Shown here: in pieces, positions 48,045 through 56,480 of the stretch
How the letters are laid out: every line of letters begins with the position of its first letter
How positions within the stretch are numbered: position 1 is the stretch's first letter
Origin: an uncultured virus (IMG/VR IMGVR_UViG_3300042868_008205)
Lineage: Duplodnaviria > Heunggongvirae > Uroviricota > Caudoviricetes
Virus record (IMG/VR): IMGVR_UViG_3300042868_008205
Location: 1 to 64,000 of that record
Reading direction: 5' to 3' (one strand)
Length of the DNA: 64,000 nt
Program-made: the position numbers and the translations under genes
Notes under the pieces: model-generated
Told to the model about the DNA's origin: nothing
Databases searched by the model: none
The model's input: the letters and a program-made list of their open reading frames with translations, nothing else

Positions 48045-48771
48045 AAAAGTCCACCCCGAATCCAACATTTACTGTTAGACGTTCTCCTGACGGGGCTTGT
48101 AAAGTTTTAGTCATATCTAATCTTGGTTCATTTTCATTCATAAAATTTCTAATAAATTTTGAATCTGAAATTGGCATTGATTCAACAAATTTTGCAATCT
48201 TTGCCTTATCAGTTGACCCATCAACCTCAACAATCTCTCTTTCCATTCTCCAAGTAATTTTTGGAACAACTCTACCTGCAGGGTATGAATCGGCTAATTT
48301 ACTAATTGATAAAATTTCGCCATAATTTAAAGGTTTTATTTTAATAGTCGATTGTGATTTTGGTAAAATAACCGTAAAAGTTCCATCTTCATTTGGTTGT
48401 TGACCATTAACAATACTTAATTGGTCTAACATTACTGAAGTTTTAAATGGTTTTTTAGTTCCAGGGTCAGTCAAATTTAAGGACATTTCAGGTCCAAACG
48501 CTGTATTTCTTAAAAAAATTAAGATTGCTTCAACATCACCTTCAATAAGTTCTTCAACTTTAATATCAGGTTCATAAATTTTTGCACGTAATAAATTAAG
48601 TGTTAAATCACTACCACCGCCCATTAGAATGTTTTCATCTGAAGCAGTTAAATATCCTACTTTAATTGATTTTTTTTTGTTTTTGTAGAAAATACCTTGA
48701 GATGGTAAAGGTACCACATCATGTGGTAATGTAAAATTTTGTTGACCGTAGTCTATTGATTGTGTTTCCAT
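48028..48771 (-). CDS. Tail/baseplate hub assembly chaperone (T4 gp26-like)
   Basis: VPLPSQGIFY...LTASDENIL...GDVEAILIFLRNTAFG...VDFFRP; lies between tube and tape measure. Confidence 0.78.
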   Translation of the reverse strand: METQSIDYGQQNFTLPHDVVPLPSQGIFYKNKKKSIKVGYLTASDENILMGGGSDLTLNLLRAKIYEPDIKVEELIEGDVEAILIFLRNTAFGPEMSLNLTDPGTKKPFKTSVMLDQLSIVNGQQPNEDGTFTVILPKSQSTIKIKPLNYGEILSISKLADSYPAGRVVPKITWRMEREIVEVDGSTDKAKIAKFVESMPISDSKFIRNFMNENEPRLDMTKTLQAPSGERLTVNVGFGVDFFRPFF

Positions 48772-48782
48772 ATATAAAAAAA

Positions 48783-48813
48783 TTAACCGTAAAGTTTATT
48801 GCTCTACGGTTAA
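48783..48813 (-). terminator. Terminator-like hairpin after the tail tube gene
   Basis: 9-bp stem TTAACCGTA/TACGGTTAA followed by T7 on the minus strand. Confidence 0.7.
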
Positions 48814-48845
48814 ATATAATTGTATGTGAAAATTCGTAAATAGTA

Positions 48846-49334
48846 TTAGTAAACCAATACACATCTGTCCATACGAAGTGAACAAGTAATTTCCGCTAAA
48901 GCATCATCACTATATCCTAAAGAACCAAAGTTAACGTCAGTTAAGAATGTTCCATAAAGAATCCATTTCTCAACAACAACACCAGTTGGGTCTAACATTT
49001 CAAGGTCAATATCTTTCTTATAACCAGCAGCATAACCCATACGACCTGTAACTGATTCAGCGTGTAAACGAACCCATTCCATAAGAGCTTGAGCGGCAGA
49101 TGGTCCAATAGGGTCTCTAAATTTGACACTAATTGGGTCCCAATTAAATCTACCTGCAACGAATGTAGACGTGTTTAAAAATTGTATTTCAGTTGAACCA
49201 ATTTTAATTGCTGGTCTTGAAGCTGTCTCCACAAACCATTCGTTAATTCCTAAACTTGATGGAAACCTTAATATAAACCTATTTTTTCTTTTTGGTTCGT
49301 AAGGTATCGGCATTTTCATTAATAAATCAGCCAT
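48846..49334 (-). CDS. Tail tube protein (T4 gp19-like)
   Basis: EPKRKNRF...AGRFNWDPISVKFRD...YKKDIDLEMLDPTGVVVEKW...FGSLGY. Confidence 0.9.
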   Translation of the reverse strand: MADLLMKMPIPYEPKRKNRFILRFPSSLGINEWFVETASRPAIKIGSTEIQFLNTSTFVAGRFNWDPISVKFRDPIGPSAAQALMEWVRLHAESVTGRMGYAAGYKKDIDLEMLDPTGVVVEKWILYGTFLTDVNFGSLGYSDDALAEITCSLRMDRCVLVY

Positions 49335-49436
49335 GTTATTTTAATTTTTTTTTGTATTTTTTAATTGTTTATATTCTATAAATATATCCTTGTTAAAAAG
49401 TTTTTCTATTTACTTTTTTTTTAACTGGATTATTCT

Positions 49437-50264
49437 TTACTTATATTCTTTTTTTATTCCAGATGCAGTAGAATAAGTCTTAACTAGATTATCTGGTTTA
49501 TCTTTAAAATGTTTACTCATTACTTCTACATTTCTAATATCATCATCTGAAAATCCAATACTAGGTTGCTCTGGTATAAAATTATTTGAAATTTCATTTT
49601 TAATAAATGCTCTCTTATTAATAATTCCTGACATAGCCTTAATATAAGAAACAAATTCTTCCATTGCTTTAACTTTTAATTCTTCAGGATTCGCAGCACT
49701 TCCTTGTCCAAAAATAACTGGATGATACTTATTAAGTTCTAAGTATGATTTAATTAGTTCGTCATCACTCATATCTTCCTCACCGACAAACGACCTATAC
49801 TTTTTAAGATTTTTAATTAGTTCGTCTTTATCTATCCCATTATATCCACTAATAATGTAATTGTAAACGGCTTGTTTTAAAGTTTCGGGATTATGACCTC
49901 TTGCAGTTATAATTGAAAAGATTGAACCATTATTAATTGCTTCTCTGAAATCTGCAAATGCAGGACCTTCTTTTGCTCTCATAGCATCAATTAAAAAATC
50001 TTTATCTCCACCTGTTCTAAAGTTTCTAAACGGGTCTTCAGCATAACCTACAATTGTTTCTCCTTGATATTTAAAAGGTTGTTTACCTAAATCGTGTCTG
50101 TATTTTGAAAAATCATCGGTACTCATACCCATTTCTTCTCCATCTTCAGTTTTAATCATAATCTTGGTTGGCATGTGAACAATGTTATCATCCCAATCAA
50201 ATGCATAGTATTTCATATCTGGAGTTCCGTCTCCTTTAAATCCTTCGTTAAGTTGTCTTTTCAT
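49437..50264 (-). CDS. HAD-superfamily phosphatase-like protein
   Basis: FDWDDNI (motif I), IITARGH (II), K, GFSDDD (IV); start moved to ATG 50264 (MKRQLNEG), downstream of the hairpin. Confidence 0.75.
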   Translation of the reverse strand: MKRQLNEGFKGDGTPDMKYYAFDWDDNIVHMPTKIMIKTEDGEEMGMSTDDFSKYRHDLGKQPFKYQGETIVGYAEDPFRNFRTGGDKDFLIDAMRAKEGPAFADFREAINNGSIFSIITARGHNPETLKQAVYNYIISGYNGIDKDELIKNLKKYRSFVGEEDMSDDELIKSYLELNKYHPVIFGQGSAANPEELKVKAMEEFVSYIKAMSGIINKRAFIKNEISNNFIPEQPSIGFSDDDIRNVEVMSKHFKDKPDNLVKTYSTASGIKKEYK

Positions 50265-50277
50265 ACTTTGGCTATTA

Positions 50278-50298
50278 GGGGGTACTTTATGTACCCCC
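50278..50298. terminator. GC-rich hairpin after the sheath gene (no U-tail on the coding strand)
   Basis: GGGGGTAC-N5-GTACCCCC. Confidence 0.55.
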
Positions 50299-50309
50299 AT
50301 AATTTATTA

Positions 50310-53300
50310 TTAGATATTTTCAAACGAAGCACCTGTTGGTGTAATGAAGAACTCAATATCAATGAATTCTAACGCCTTCGTTGGTTTTAAGTAGATTTTA
50401 CCCACTAATCTGTTTGCATCTAAATCTTCAGGTGTTGAAGATACGGTTACACGGAAATCGTATAAACCTCTATCTCTTCTAATTGAATCTAAGATTGGGT
50501 TAACACTATCTAAGAATTGTTGTCTAACGACTTGGTCGTTTTGTTCAAACAATAATCTAATTGCTACCGCTGAAATTAACTTACGAGCTTGAAGTAATAA
50601 TCTTCTTACGTTCAATCTGTTAAGTGCTGTGTCAGCGACTTGTAATGTTTTATTACCCCAAATTACTGTTCCAACATCAGAGAAAGTTGCGATAGGGTTA
50701 AGTCTACCTTGATACAATGTATCTCTATCAGTTTGAGTTAGTTTTTGTCTAGCTTTGATTGAATTTACAAGACCTCTTGTGTAACCCGCAGATGCGAACC
50801 AAGGGAATGCAATGTTATCAGTCAATGCTAAGTTTCTACAAACCTCACCTGTTGGTGGTAAATAGATTTGAGTATTGTTAACGGTATCTCTTGTTAAAAT
50901 CCAAGGATAGTAAGTAGCTGTATAGTTAGAGTCAATTCCTGTATTATCCAAATTATCAACCGCTTCTTGTGAGTAGATGATATCTAAAGGATTAGTTGAA
51001 TCAGGAGTAAACATGTTATAGTCAGGAGTTGTTGCAATGTAAACTGAGTCAGCTCTTGAGTATTGTACCATGTCTATCGCTTCTTCTACTAAGTTTGAGT
51101 TATTAACATAATCAATCGCACTTGTAGCAAACACGTTAATGTTTGTTGCTTCAGGGTTTGCGAATGTTAATATACCAAGTAAGTAAGCATAGTAATCGGT
51201 GTTTGCAAAATCTTGTGTGTTGTTTTGAACCACAATTCTTTTGAATAAACCGTCACCTGTTGCGGTTGGGTATCTTGATGATGGTGCCGCCCCCGCTAAG
51301 TAACCTGATGAACCCAATTGGAATCTGTCTTCGTTAGTTCTCCATTCTCTGTAGATGTCCCATCCGTCAAATCCACCAGCAAAACATACTGTATATTTTC
51401 TTGAGTAGATGAAATAATAAGGGTTTTCTTGAGTTGATGGGTCTTCTCTGAATTCAGCAACACCACATTCGAACGCTGTTTCACCACTTGACATAGAAGT
51501 ATTTGCAATTGTTACAACAGTTGCTCCTGAGTCCATGTGGAAACCTTTACTTAATACATTCCAAGGTTGACCTTCAGCCAAAGGATTTGAAATCCATCCT
51601 GCTGGTGTTTGTTTACCTTTATAAGTTAAGAATGATTCATCAATACCATATTGACTTGAAAAACCTAAATAACTTCTTCTAACAATATCTCCTGCCGATT
51701 CAACTGTTCCTCCACCTGCGTTTGAACCGAATGGTGGGTTACTAATAACTTCACCAGGGTAGAAGTATTTTGTTTTAAATTTAGGATATGGTGATGGATA
51801 CACGTTATAATCTTGATATTCTCTTTGAGTGTAACCATAGAATCCACAAGGTAGTGCATCTACAGGATAGTTGTCAGACAATTGAATCATTACATATTTC
51901 GATATCAACGCAAATTCACCATCCGCAGAACCGATTTTTTTAGCCACAAAATTGTTAGAAGCTGGGTCCATGTTACAATTTGTGAATTTTTCAATAACCA
52001 CTGGATTAGTATCTGTATCAAAGAAATTTCTTACAAACACATCAAATGACATACTATTATATGATAAATTAGCAATTGAAACTTTAACTTCAGTATTTGC
52101 CGCATCACCATCAGAAATTGAAATGAATTTGAATAAGTTATAAACTTTATTACCTCTTAATTCTGAAACTAAATAAGGTGTTTCAGGTGATTGATATTTT
52201 TCTAAATTGTATGCAATTGATGAAGTGTTTTCACTTCTAGCACTTGGTAATGCAATTAAAGTAGAATTTAATCCACGAATATAACCTTGATTATATGCGT
52301 AATTTAAAGAACTTTGATACGTTTCTTCAACATAAATAGGAACTTCAAATCTTGATTTACCAAAATTATCAACACCCAAAACTTTAGTAATGTACTTAGC
52401 ACTTGATGCTAATAACGAAGTTTCAAGTTGGAATGTATCTCCGTCTTTTGTAATACCTGATAATGCAAATTGTTCATATGGTGATTGAGTAATACCTGAA
52501 TATTGACCTGTCGAAAGTAAAGTTAAATCAGTTAAACCACTTACTTGATAAATTTGTCCGTGATTCTCACTTGATGAACTGTTAGTGTAAAGTGAAATAC
52601 CTCTTGAACGAACAGTTGCAACAACCATATTATTAAAATCTGTATATGCAGTACCTGTAAACGTATATGAATTACCAATTACACTACCTGAAAAATTACC
52701 AACAGTATCACCTGTTAATGTGTTTATAGTATAGTAGAACGAATATCCAGTATATGCATTACCTGATGAAATATCAAAATTAGCGTAATACCAAGAGTCG
52801 TTCGATGCCGCACTCAAATCATTTGCTTCATAATTATTTTCACATCCGTATGGACTGTTATCAACAGGATACGACGCAACAACACTATTATAAGTGCTTT
52901 GAGGTATTGAACCATAAATAACTGCAGTAGTTGCAGATGTGGTTGTGGTGTTAAAAATTGCACTTAAATAAGTGTTAAAATCATTTTGTAATGTAGATGT
53001 TGAACCATCTTGTAATCTATACAACACATTTAAATTTGCAGTTACATTAGCAGGTAAATTATTTGTATTTGTAAATGTTACTGTTCCTCCTGTTGTTCCT
53101 GTAAATGTTGCGGTAAACGAAGTACCTGAAGATGGGTCACCAATTGTTGTTGGGTCTACGTTAGCTATTAATGACAAACTCCAAGATGGACCCGCATCAT
53201 ATCCTGATAATCCCAATACTCTTGTAACAAACAATTGATTTGATTGTTGTAAATATGATTTAGCAATGTATGCCGCTTCATATTTAGGGATTTGAGTATT

Positions 53301-53513
53301 ATAAAACTTAACGGGTTCTGTTCCCCCGAAATAAGCTTGAAATTCATCATAGTTTGTTATGAATACTGGTTCAAACGCTGGTCCTTTTAGTGTCTCACCA
53401 ACAAGACCTAATGTCGTTACACCCACGCTTTGGGCTACGAAAGATAAGTCGGTTTCTGATGTGTATACGCCTGGTGATACGAATACTTTTTGATTTGCTT
53501 GTGCTGTTGCCAT
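50310..53513 (-). CDS. Contractile tail sheath protein (T4 gp18-like)
   Basis: VSPGVYTSETDLS, YYPW, PWFASAGYTRG, IWGNKTL, LNVRRLL, LKPTKALEFIDIEF. Confidence 0.96.
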   Translation of the reverse strand: MATAQANQKVFVSPGVYTSETDLSFVAQSVGVTTLGLVGETLKGPAFEPVFITNYDEFQAYFGGTEPVKFYNTQIPKYEAAYIAKSYLQQSNQLFVTRVLGLSGYDAGPSWSLSLIANVDPTTIGDPSSGTSFTATFTGTTGGTVTFTNTNNLPANVTANLNVLYRLQDGSTSTLQNDFNTYLSAIFNTTTTSATTAVIYGSIPQSTYNSVVASYPVDNSPYGCENNYEANDLSAASNDSWYYANFDISSGNAYTGYSFYYTINTLTGDTVGNFSGSVIGNSYTFTGTAYTDFNNMVVATVRSRGISLYTNSSSSENHGQIYQVSGLTDLTLLSTGQYSGITQSPYEQFALSGITKDGDTFQLETSLLASSAKYITKVLGVDNFGKSRFEVPIYVEETYQSSLNYAYNQGYIRGLNSTLIALPSARSENTSSIAYNLEKYQSPETPYLVSELRGNKVYNLFKFISISDGDAANTEVKVSIANLSYNSMSFDVFVRNFFDTDTNPVVIEKFTNCNMDPASNNFVAKKIGSADGEFALISKYVMIQLSDNYPVDALPCGFYGYTQREYQDYNVYPSPYPKFKTKYFYPGEVISNPPFGSNAGGGTVESAGDIVRRSYLGFSSQYGIDESFLTYKGKQTPAGWISNPLAEGQPWNVLSKGFHMDSGATVVTIANTSMSSGETAFECGVAEFREDPSTQENPYYFIYSRKYTVCFAGGFDGWDIYREWRTNEDRFQLGSSGYLAGAAPSSRYPTATGDGLFKRIVVQNNTQDFANTDYYAYLLGILTFANPEATNINVFATSAIDYVNNSNLVEEAIDMVQYSRADSVYIATTPDYNMFTPDSTNPLDIIYSQEAVDNLDNTGIDSNYTATYYPWILTRDTVNNTQIYLPPTGEVCRNLALTDNIAFPWFASAGYTRGLVNSIKARQKLTQTDRDTLYQGRLNPIATFSDVGTVIWGNKTLQVADTALNRLNVRRLLLQARKLISAVAIRLLFEQNDQVVRQQFLDSVNPILDSIRRDRGLYDFRVTVSSTPEDLDANRLVGKIYLKPTKALEFIDIEFFITPTGASFENI

Positions 53514-53601
53514 TATTAAATTATTCTGTTACAATTTATTTTATAGATAAATATTCATTATTTTATGAAAAAACTTTACTTTTGGTGAAGTATTTATAAA
53601 C

Positions 53602-53620
53602 GGTAGGAATTAATTCTACC
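53602..53620. promoter_or_regulatory. Near-perfect palindrome (operator or hairpin) upstream of the RHH-like gene
   Basis: GGTAGGAATTAATTCTACC, one base from a perfect 18-bp palindrome, followed by T6. Confidence 0.55.
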
Positions 53621-53632
53621 TTTTTTCATACT

Positions 53633-53794
53633 ATGAAAACAAAGAAAGAAATCAAGAACATTAAAATATCCCCTGAATCACACGATATACTGAAAAAGTA
53701 CTGTGAGAAGAGGGGAATCAAGATTTATAAGTTTTTGGAAAATTTAATTATAGAAAAGTGTAAAGAGAAGAAAGATATCTACGGGGAAGATTAA
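53633..53794 (+). CDS. Small ribbon-helix-helix-like DNA-binding protein (53 aa)
   Basis: Not in the track. MKTKKEIKNIKISPESHDILKKYCEKRGIKIYKFLENLIIEKCKEKKDIYGED*; TATTTATA upstream on the + strand. Confidence 0.75.
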   Translation: MKTKKEIKNIKISPESHDILKKYCEKRGIKIYKFLENLIIEKCKEKKDIYGED

Positions 53795-54834
53795 ACTAAT
53801 TGGTTTTCAAACAAAATGTTTGCTTGTTGAGTATTATCCGTTTTTGTAATTTCTATTCTTAAAACATCATTTGTTGTTATTTGAATTACTTGAATATCAC
53901 TACCATAGTAATCACCATTAATATACACATCAAAGGTGTTAACATTATCCAATGACACAACATTCATATTGGCGGTATAATCAATTACGTCTGTTAATAT
54001 TGTATTACCCGAAACAAATAGATAGTTATTCTCAAACTCGTTAGGATTTTCAGGATATTTTTTTCTTACTTGTTTTCTTGTTGTTGTATCTATCTCAATT
54101 AATTGAGTAATTCTTTGGATGGCGGGTTTAACCTCAAACTCATCTTCATCAATTAGATATCCTAACATTGTAAAATCATAATTCTGAACGTAATATTTTC
54201 TTGCCTCCATTGTCATTTGAGATTCATCGGAAACATTGTCCATTACAATTGGAACATATTGACCTTTAATAAAAGTATATGCTTGTCTTGATGAGAATTT
54301 TTGCATAACAATCTTATTTAATTGATTGAGCTCTCTCATTCTATTACAAATGATTTTCACACTATATTTTATATCAACAGGAACTGGTTGTGGAATTGTG
54401 TAGATGTCCATACCCTGTTCATTTCCGTTCCAAGTAGGAACCGATGCATAATAAAATTGTTTTCTATTTGGTATTGTATATTGAAGTGATGGGTTTGTAC
54501 CATATTTAACTTCAGGACTTCTAACAACTGTGATAAATGGCGGGGATGGATTATAATCCAAGTCCACAAATTTCCATGATTCTAAATATTGTGACCAGTT
54601 CTGAGTTGTAATAATAATATCCAACATTGGAACTATTTTTCCTGCGGTCACAACTTCTAATTCAGTTTTAACAAAATCTAGCATACCCCTATCCAAATCG
54701 GCATGTAATACTGACTTAGGTAGATATGTTCCATCTTCCCTAATATAGTCCAAAAGTTGTTCTCTACGAGCAGACAATTCTTTTCTTGGAACTAATGGTA
54801 ATGTTTTTTTAACTATTGTTTTTGGTAATGCCAT
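53791..54834 (-). CDS. Tail terminator / tail completion protein (T4 gp15-like, putative)
   Basis: IPQPVPVDIKYSVKII...ELNQL motif; position between neck and sheath genes. Confidence 0.65.
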   Translation of the reverse strand: MALPKTIVKKTLPLVPRKELSARREQLLDYIREDGTYLPKSVLHADLDRGMLDFVKTELEVVTAGKIVPMLDIIITTQNWSQYLESWKFVDLDYNPSPPFITVVRSPEVKYGTNPSLQYTIPNRKQFYYASVPTWNGNEQGMDIYTIPQPVPVDIKYSVKIICNRMRELNQLNKIVMQKFSSRQAYTFIKGQYVPIVMDNVSDESQMTMEARKYYVQNYDFTMLGYLIDEDEFEVKPAIQRITQLIEIDTTTRKQVRKKYPENPNEFENNYLFVSGNTILTDVIDYTANMNVVSLDNVNTFDVYINGDYYGSDIQVIQITTNDVLRIEITKTDNTQQANILFENQLV

Positions 54835-54838
54835 TATC

Positions 54839-55201
54839 TTATTCTATTAGAAATACTTTATCTTTTAAGTTAATCATATCAATTTCTTTGGCATGAAAAA
54901 CAGGTTCTCCGTTATTTTTAAATACGAATGAATCGTATTTGTAAGGGTCGTAAGTTATAATTTCATTTGAAGATGGTGTTGGAATGTCTTTAGAATAACG
55001 TTCAGAGTATTCTATTAATTCTCCAATGACAAATGCGTGAACGTTTTTTCTCTTTTCACTTCTAACTTTTTCTTTTCCGCCTTGTCTAACTCTAAACTCA
55101 ACGTCTTTTAGTTTAACATAATCGGCATACATAATCACTTTACTGTTATGTGTAACAGAAAAGGTATGTTTGTTTAAATTATAATATACTTTTACTTTCA
55201 T
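54839..55201 (-). CDS. Conserved phage protein of unknown function
   Basis: VYYNLNK..FSV...VRQGGKEKVRSEKRKNVHAFVIG...YDPYKYDSF, a pattern I recall from phage hypothetical proteins. Confidence 0.75.
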   Translation of the reverse strand: MKVKVYYNLNKHTFSVTHNSKVIMYADYVKLKDVEFRVRQGGKEKVRSEKRKNVHAFVIGELIEYSERYSKDIPTPSSNEIITYDPYKYDSFVFKNNGEPVFHAKEIDMINLKDKVFLIE

Positions 55202-55600
55202 TTATCTATCTACTTTTGTCCATGTTTTAACATAAACTGAAACATCTAATGGAACTCCGTATCTTGTTATATCAACATTAAATACGTCTCTTAAGTACAT
55301 TATAATATTACGTCTAATAATATTTTCATTATCTTTGGGTATTTGATTGAAATAAAATACCAATTCAATATTATCTATTGAAAAATTTTCCATACCATAA
55401 TGGACGGAACCATCTTTATTTACCTCAATCTTATGAAGGTCATTTTTATAAGTTGATTCAAAAAAATTAACTATTGATGGTAATAATTTTTCAATCTTTT
55501 TCTTATTAGATTTAATTTCTTCAATTATATCTTCTGTAGAATCTTCTTCTTTCCCTTTTTGTTTTTTTTCCTGTAAAACTTTACGAATTAAATCTCTCAT
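55202..55600 (-). CDS. Hypothetical protein
   Basis: Start reassigned to ATG 55600 (MRDLIRKVLQE), just after the upstream stop. Confidence 0.65.
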   Translation of the reverse strand: MRDLIRKVLQEKKQKGKEEDSTEDIIEEIKSNKKKIEKLLPSIVNFFESTYKNDLHKIEVNKDGSVHYGMENFSIDNIELVFYFNQIPKDNENIIRRNIIMYLRDVFNVDITRYGVPLDVSVYVKTWTKVDR

Positions 55601-55601
55601 A

Positions 55602-56114
55602 TTATAATCCTCTAAATTCGTTTTCACTTACGTAAGTTGCAACAATTGTTCTATAGAATGGTTTGTAACCAGCATAGGTATGTTTGTTATCGGACCTCAC
55701 ATATCCGTCATCACTAACCGCATAATATCTAACTCTGTCCTCAGATTCATAATAACCAAGATAATCACCCATAAATATTTCAACACCCAATTCATCAAGT
55801 TGTTTTTGATAAAGTGAAAATCTCATATTACCTGGCTCTTGTTGTTCAACTTTAGAATTACCCAAAAATTTATTGGTTGGAGCCATAACTTGGACAAGTC
55901 CTTTTAATTCTACGGGTGCCAAGAATTGTATTCCGTCTTCTAAAACCTCACCATAAACTGCATCGGTTTTTGTTTTATATCTATCAATACGATATAATAT
56001 AACGGTGAAATTCATATCACCCTCTAACCATTCTTCACCCATTCCGATGTCTAAATTGTAATCTTCAGCTCCGAAGAACTTACCTAATCTTGTAATTGGA
56101 ACTAATTTTTGCAT
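55602..56114 (-). CDS. Head-tail joining / neck protein (T4 gp14-like, putative)
   Basis: ILYRID...TDAVYGE...F..PVEL...GDYLGY pattern; context. Confidence 0.6.
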   Translation of the reverse strand: MQKLVPITRLGKFFGAEDYNLDIGMGEEWLEGDMNFTVILYRIDRYKTKTDAVYGEVLEDGIQFLAPVELKGLVQVMAPTNKFLGNSKVEQQEPGNMRFSLYQKQLDELGVEIFMGDYLGYYESEDRVRYYAVSDDGYVRSDNKHTYAGYKPFYRTIVATYVSENEFRGL

Positions 56115-56115
56115 A

Positions 56116-56424
56116 TTACTTTTCTTTTTGTTTATTATAGTATGATTCAGATGATATACCTGTCGAATTAATTATCACATCAGCATTAAAATAACTTTTA
56201 ATTGAGTATCTAATCTCATTATTCCATTTCAACCTATTATCTATAGTAGATGTATTTAGATAAATGCTATCATCAGGAACAATATATTTTATGTCCATAT
56301 AAAATTCATCTTCTCTAATTCCCAACGGGGTTAAACGAAACTTAATGTCTAAAACCCCCTTAGGTTTAATCACACTAGTAAATTTATTAATTGCGTTGGT
56401 TAATTCTTCTTCCGACATATTCAT
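56116..56424 (-). CDS. Hypothetical protein
   Basis: 102-aa ORF at the head of the minus-strand late block. Confidence 0.65.
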   Translation of the reverse strand: MNMSEEELTNAINKFTSVIKPKGVLDIKFRLTPLGIREDEFYMDIKYIVPDDSIYLNTSTIDNRLKWNNEIRYSIKSYFNADVIINSTGISSESYYNKQKEK

Positions 56425-56427
56425 ATA

Positions 56428-56458
56428 TTGATAAATACTTTATTTTTACTTATATTTA
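56428..56458 (+). promoter_or_regulatory. Early-type promoter TTGATA-N17-TATATT(TA) for the SNF2 gene, overlapping the opposing TATTTAT motif
   Basis: -35 at 56428-56433, -10 at 56451-56456; minus-strand TATTTAT at 56437-56431. Confidence 0.6.
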
Positions 56459-56480
56459 AAGCAAACTTTTATTAAAAAGA

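Noticed and set aside
22968..54834. Bacterial extracellular contractile injection system or tailocin
   Set aside because: Interleaved with PolB, DnaB, gp32-like SSB, RecA, RNR and neck genes, which indicates a replicating phage
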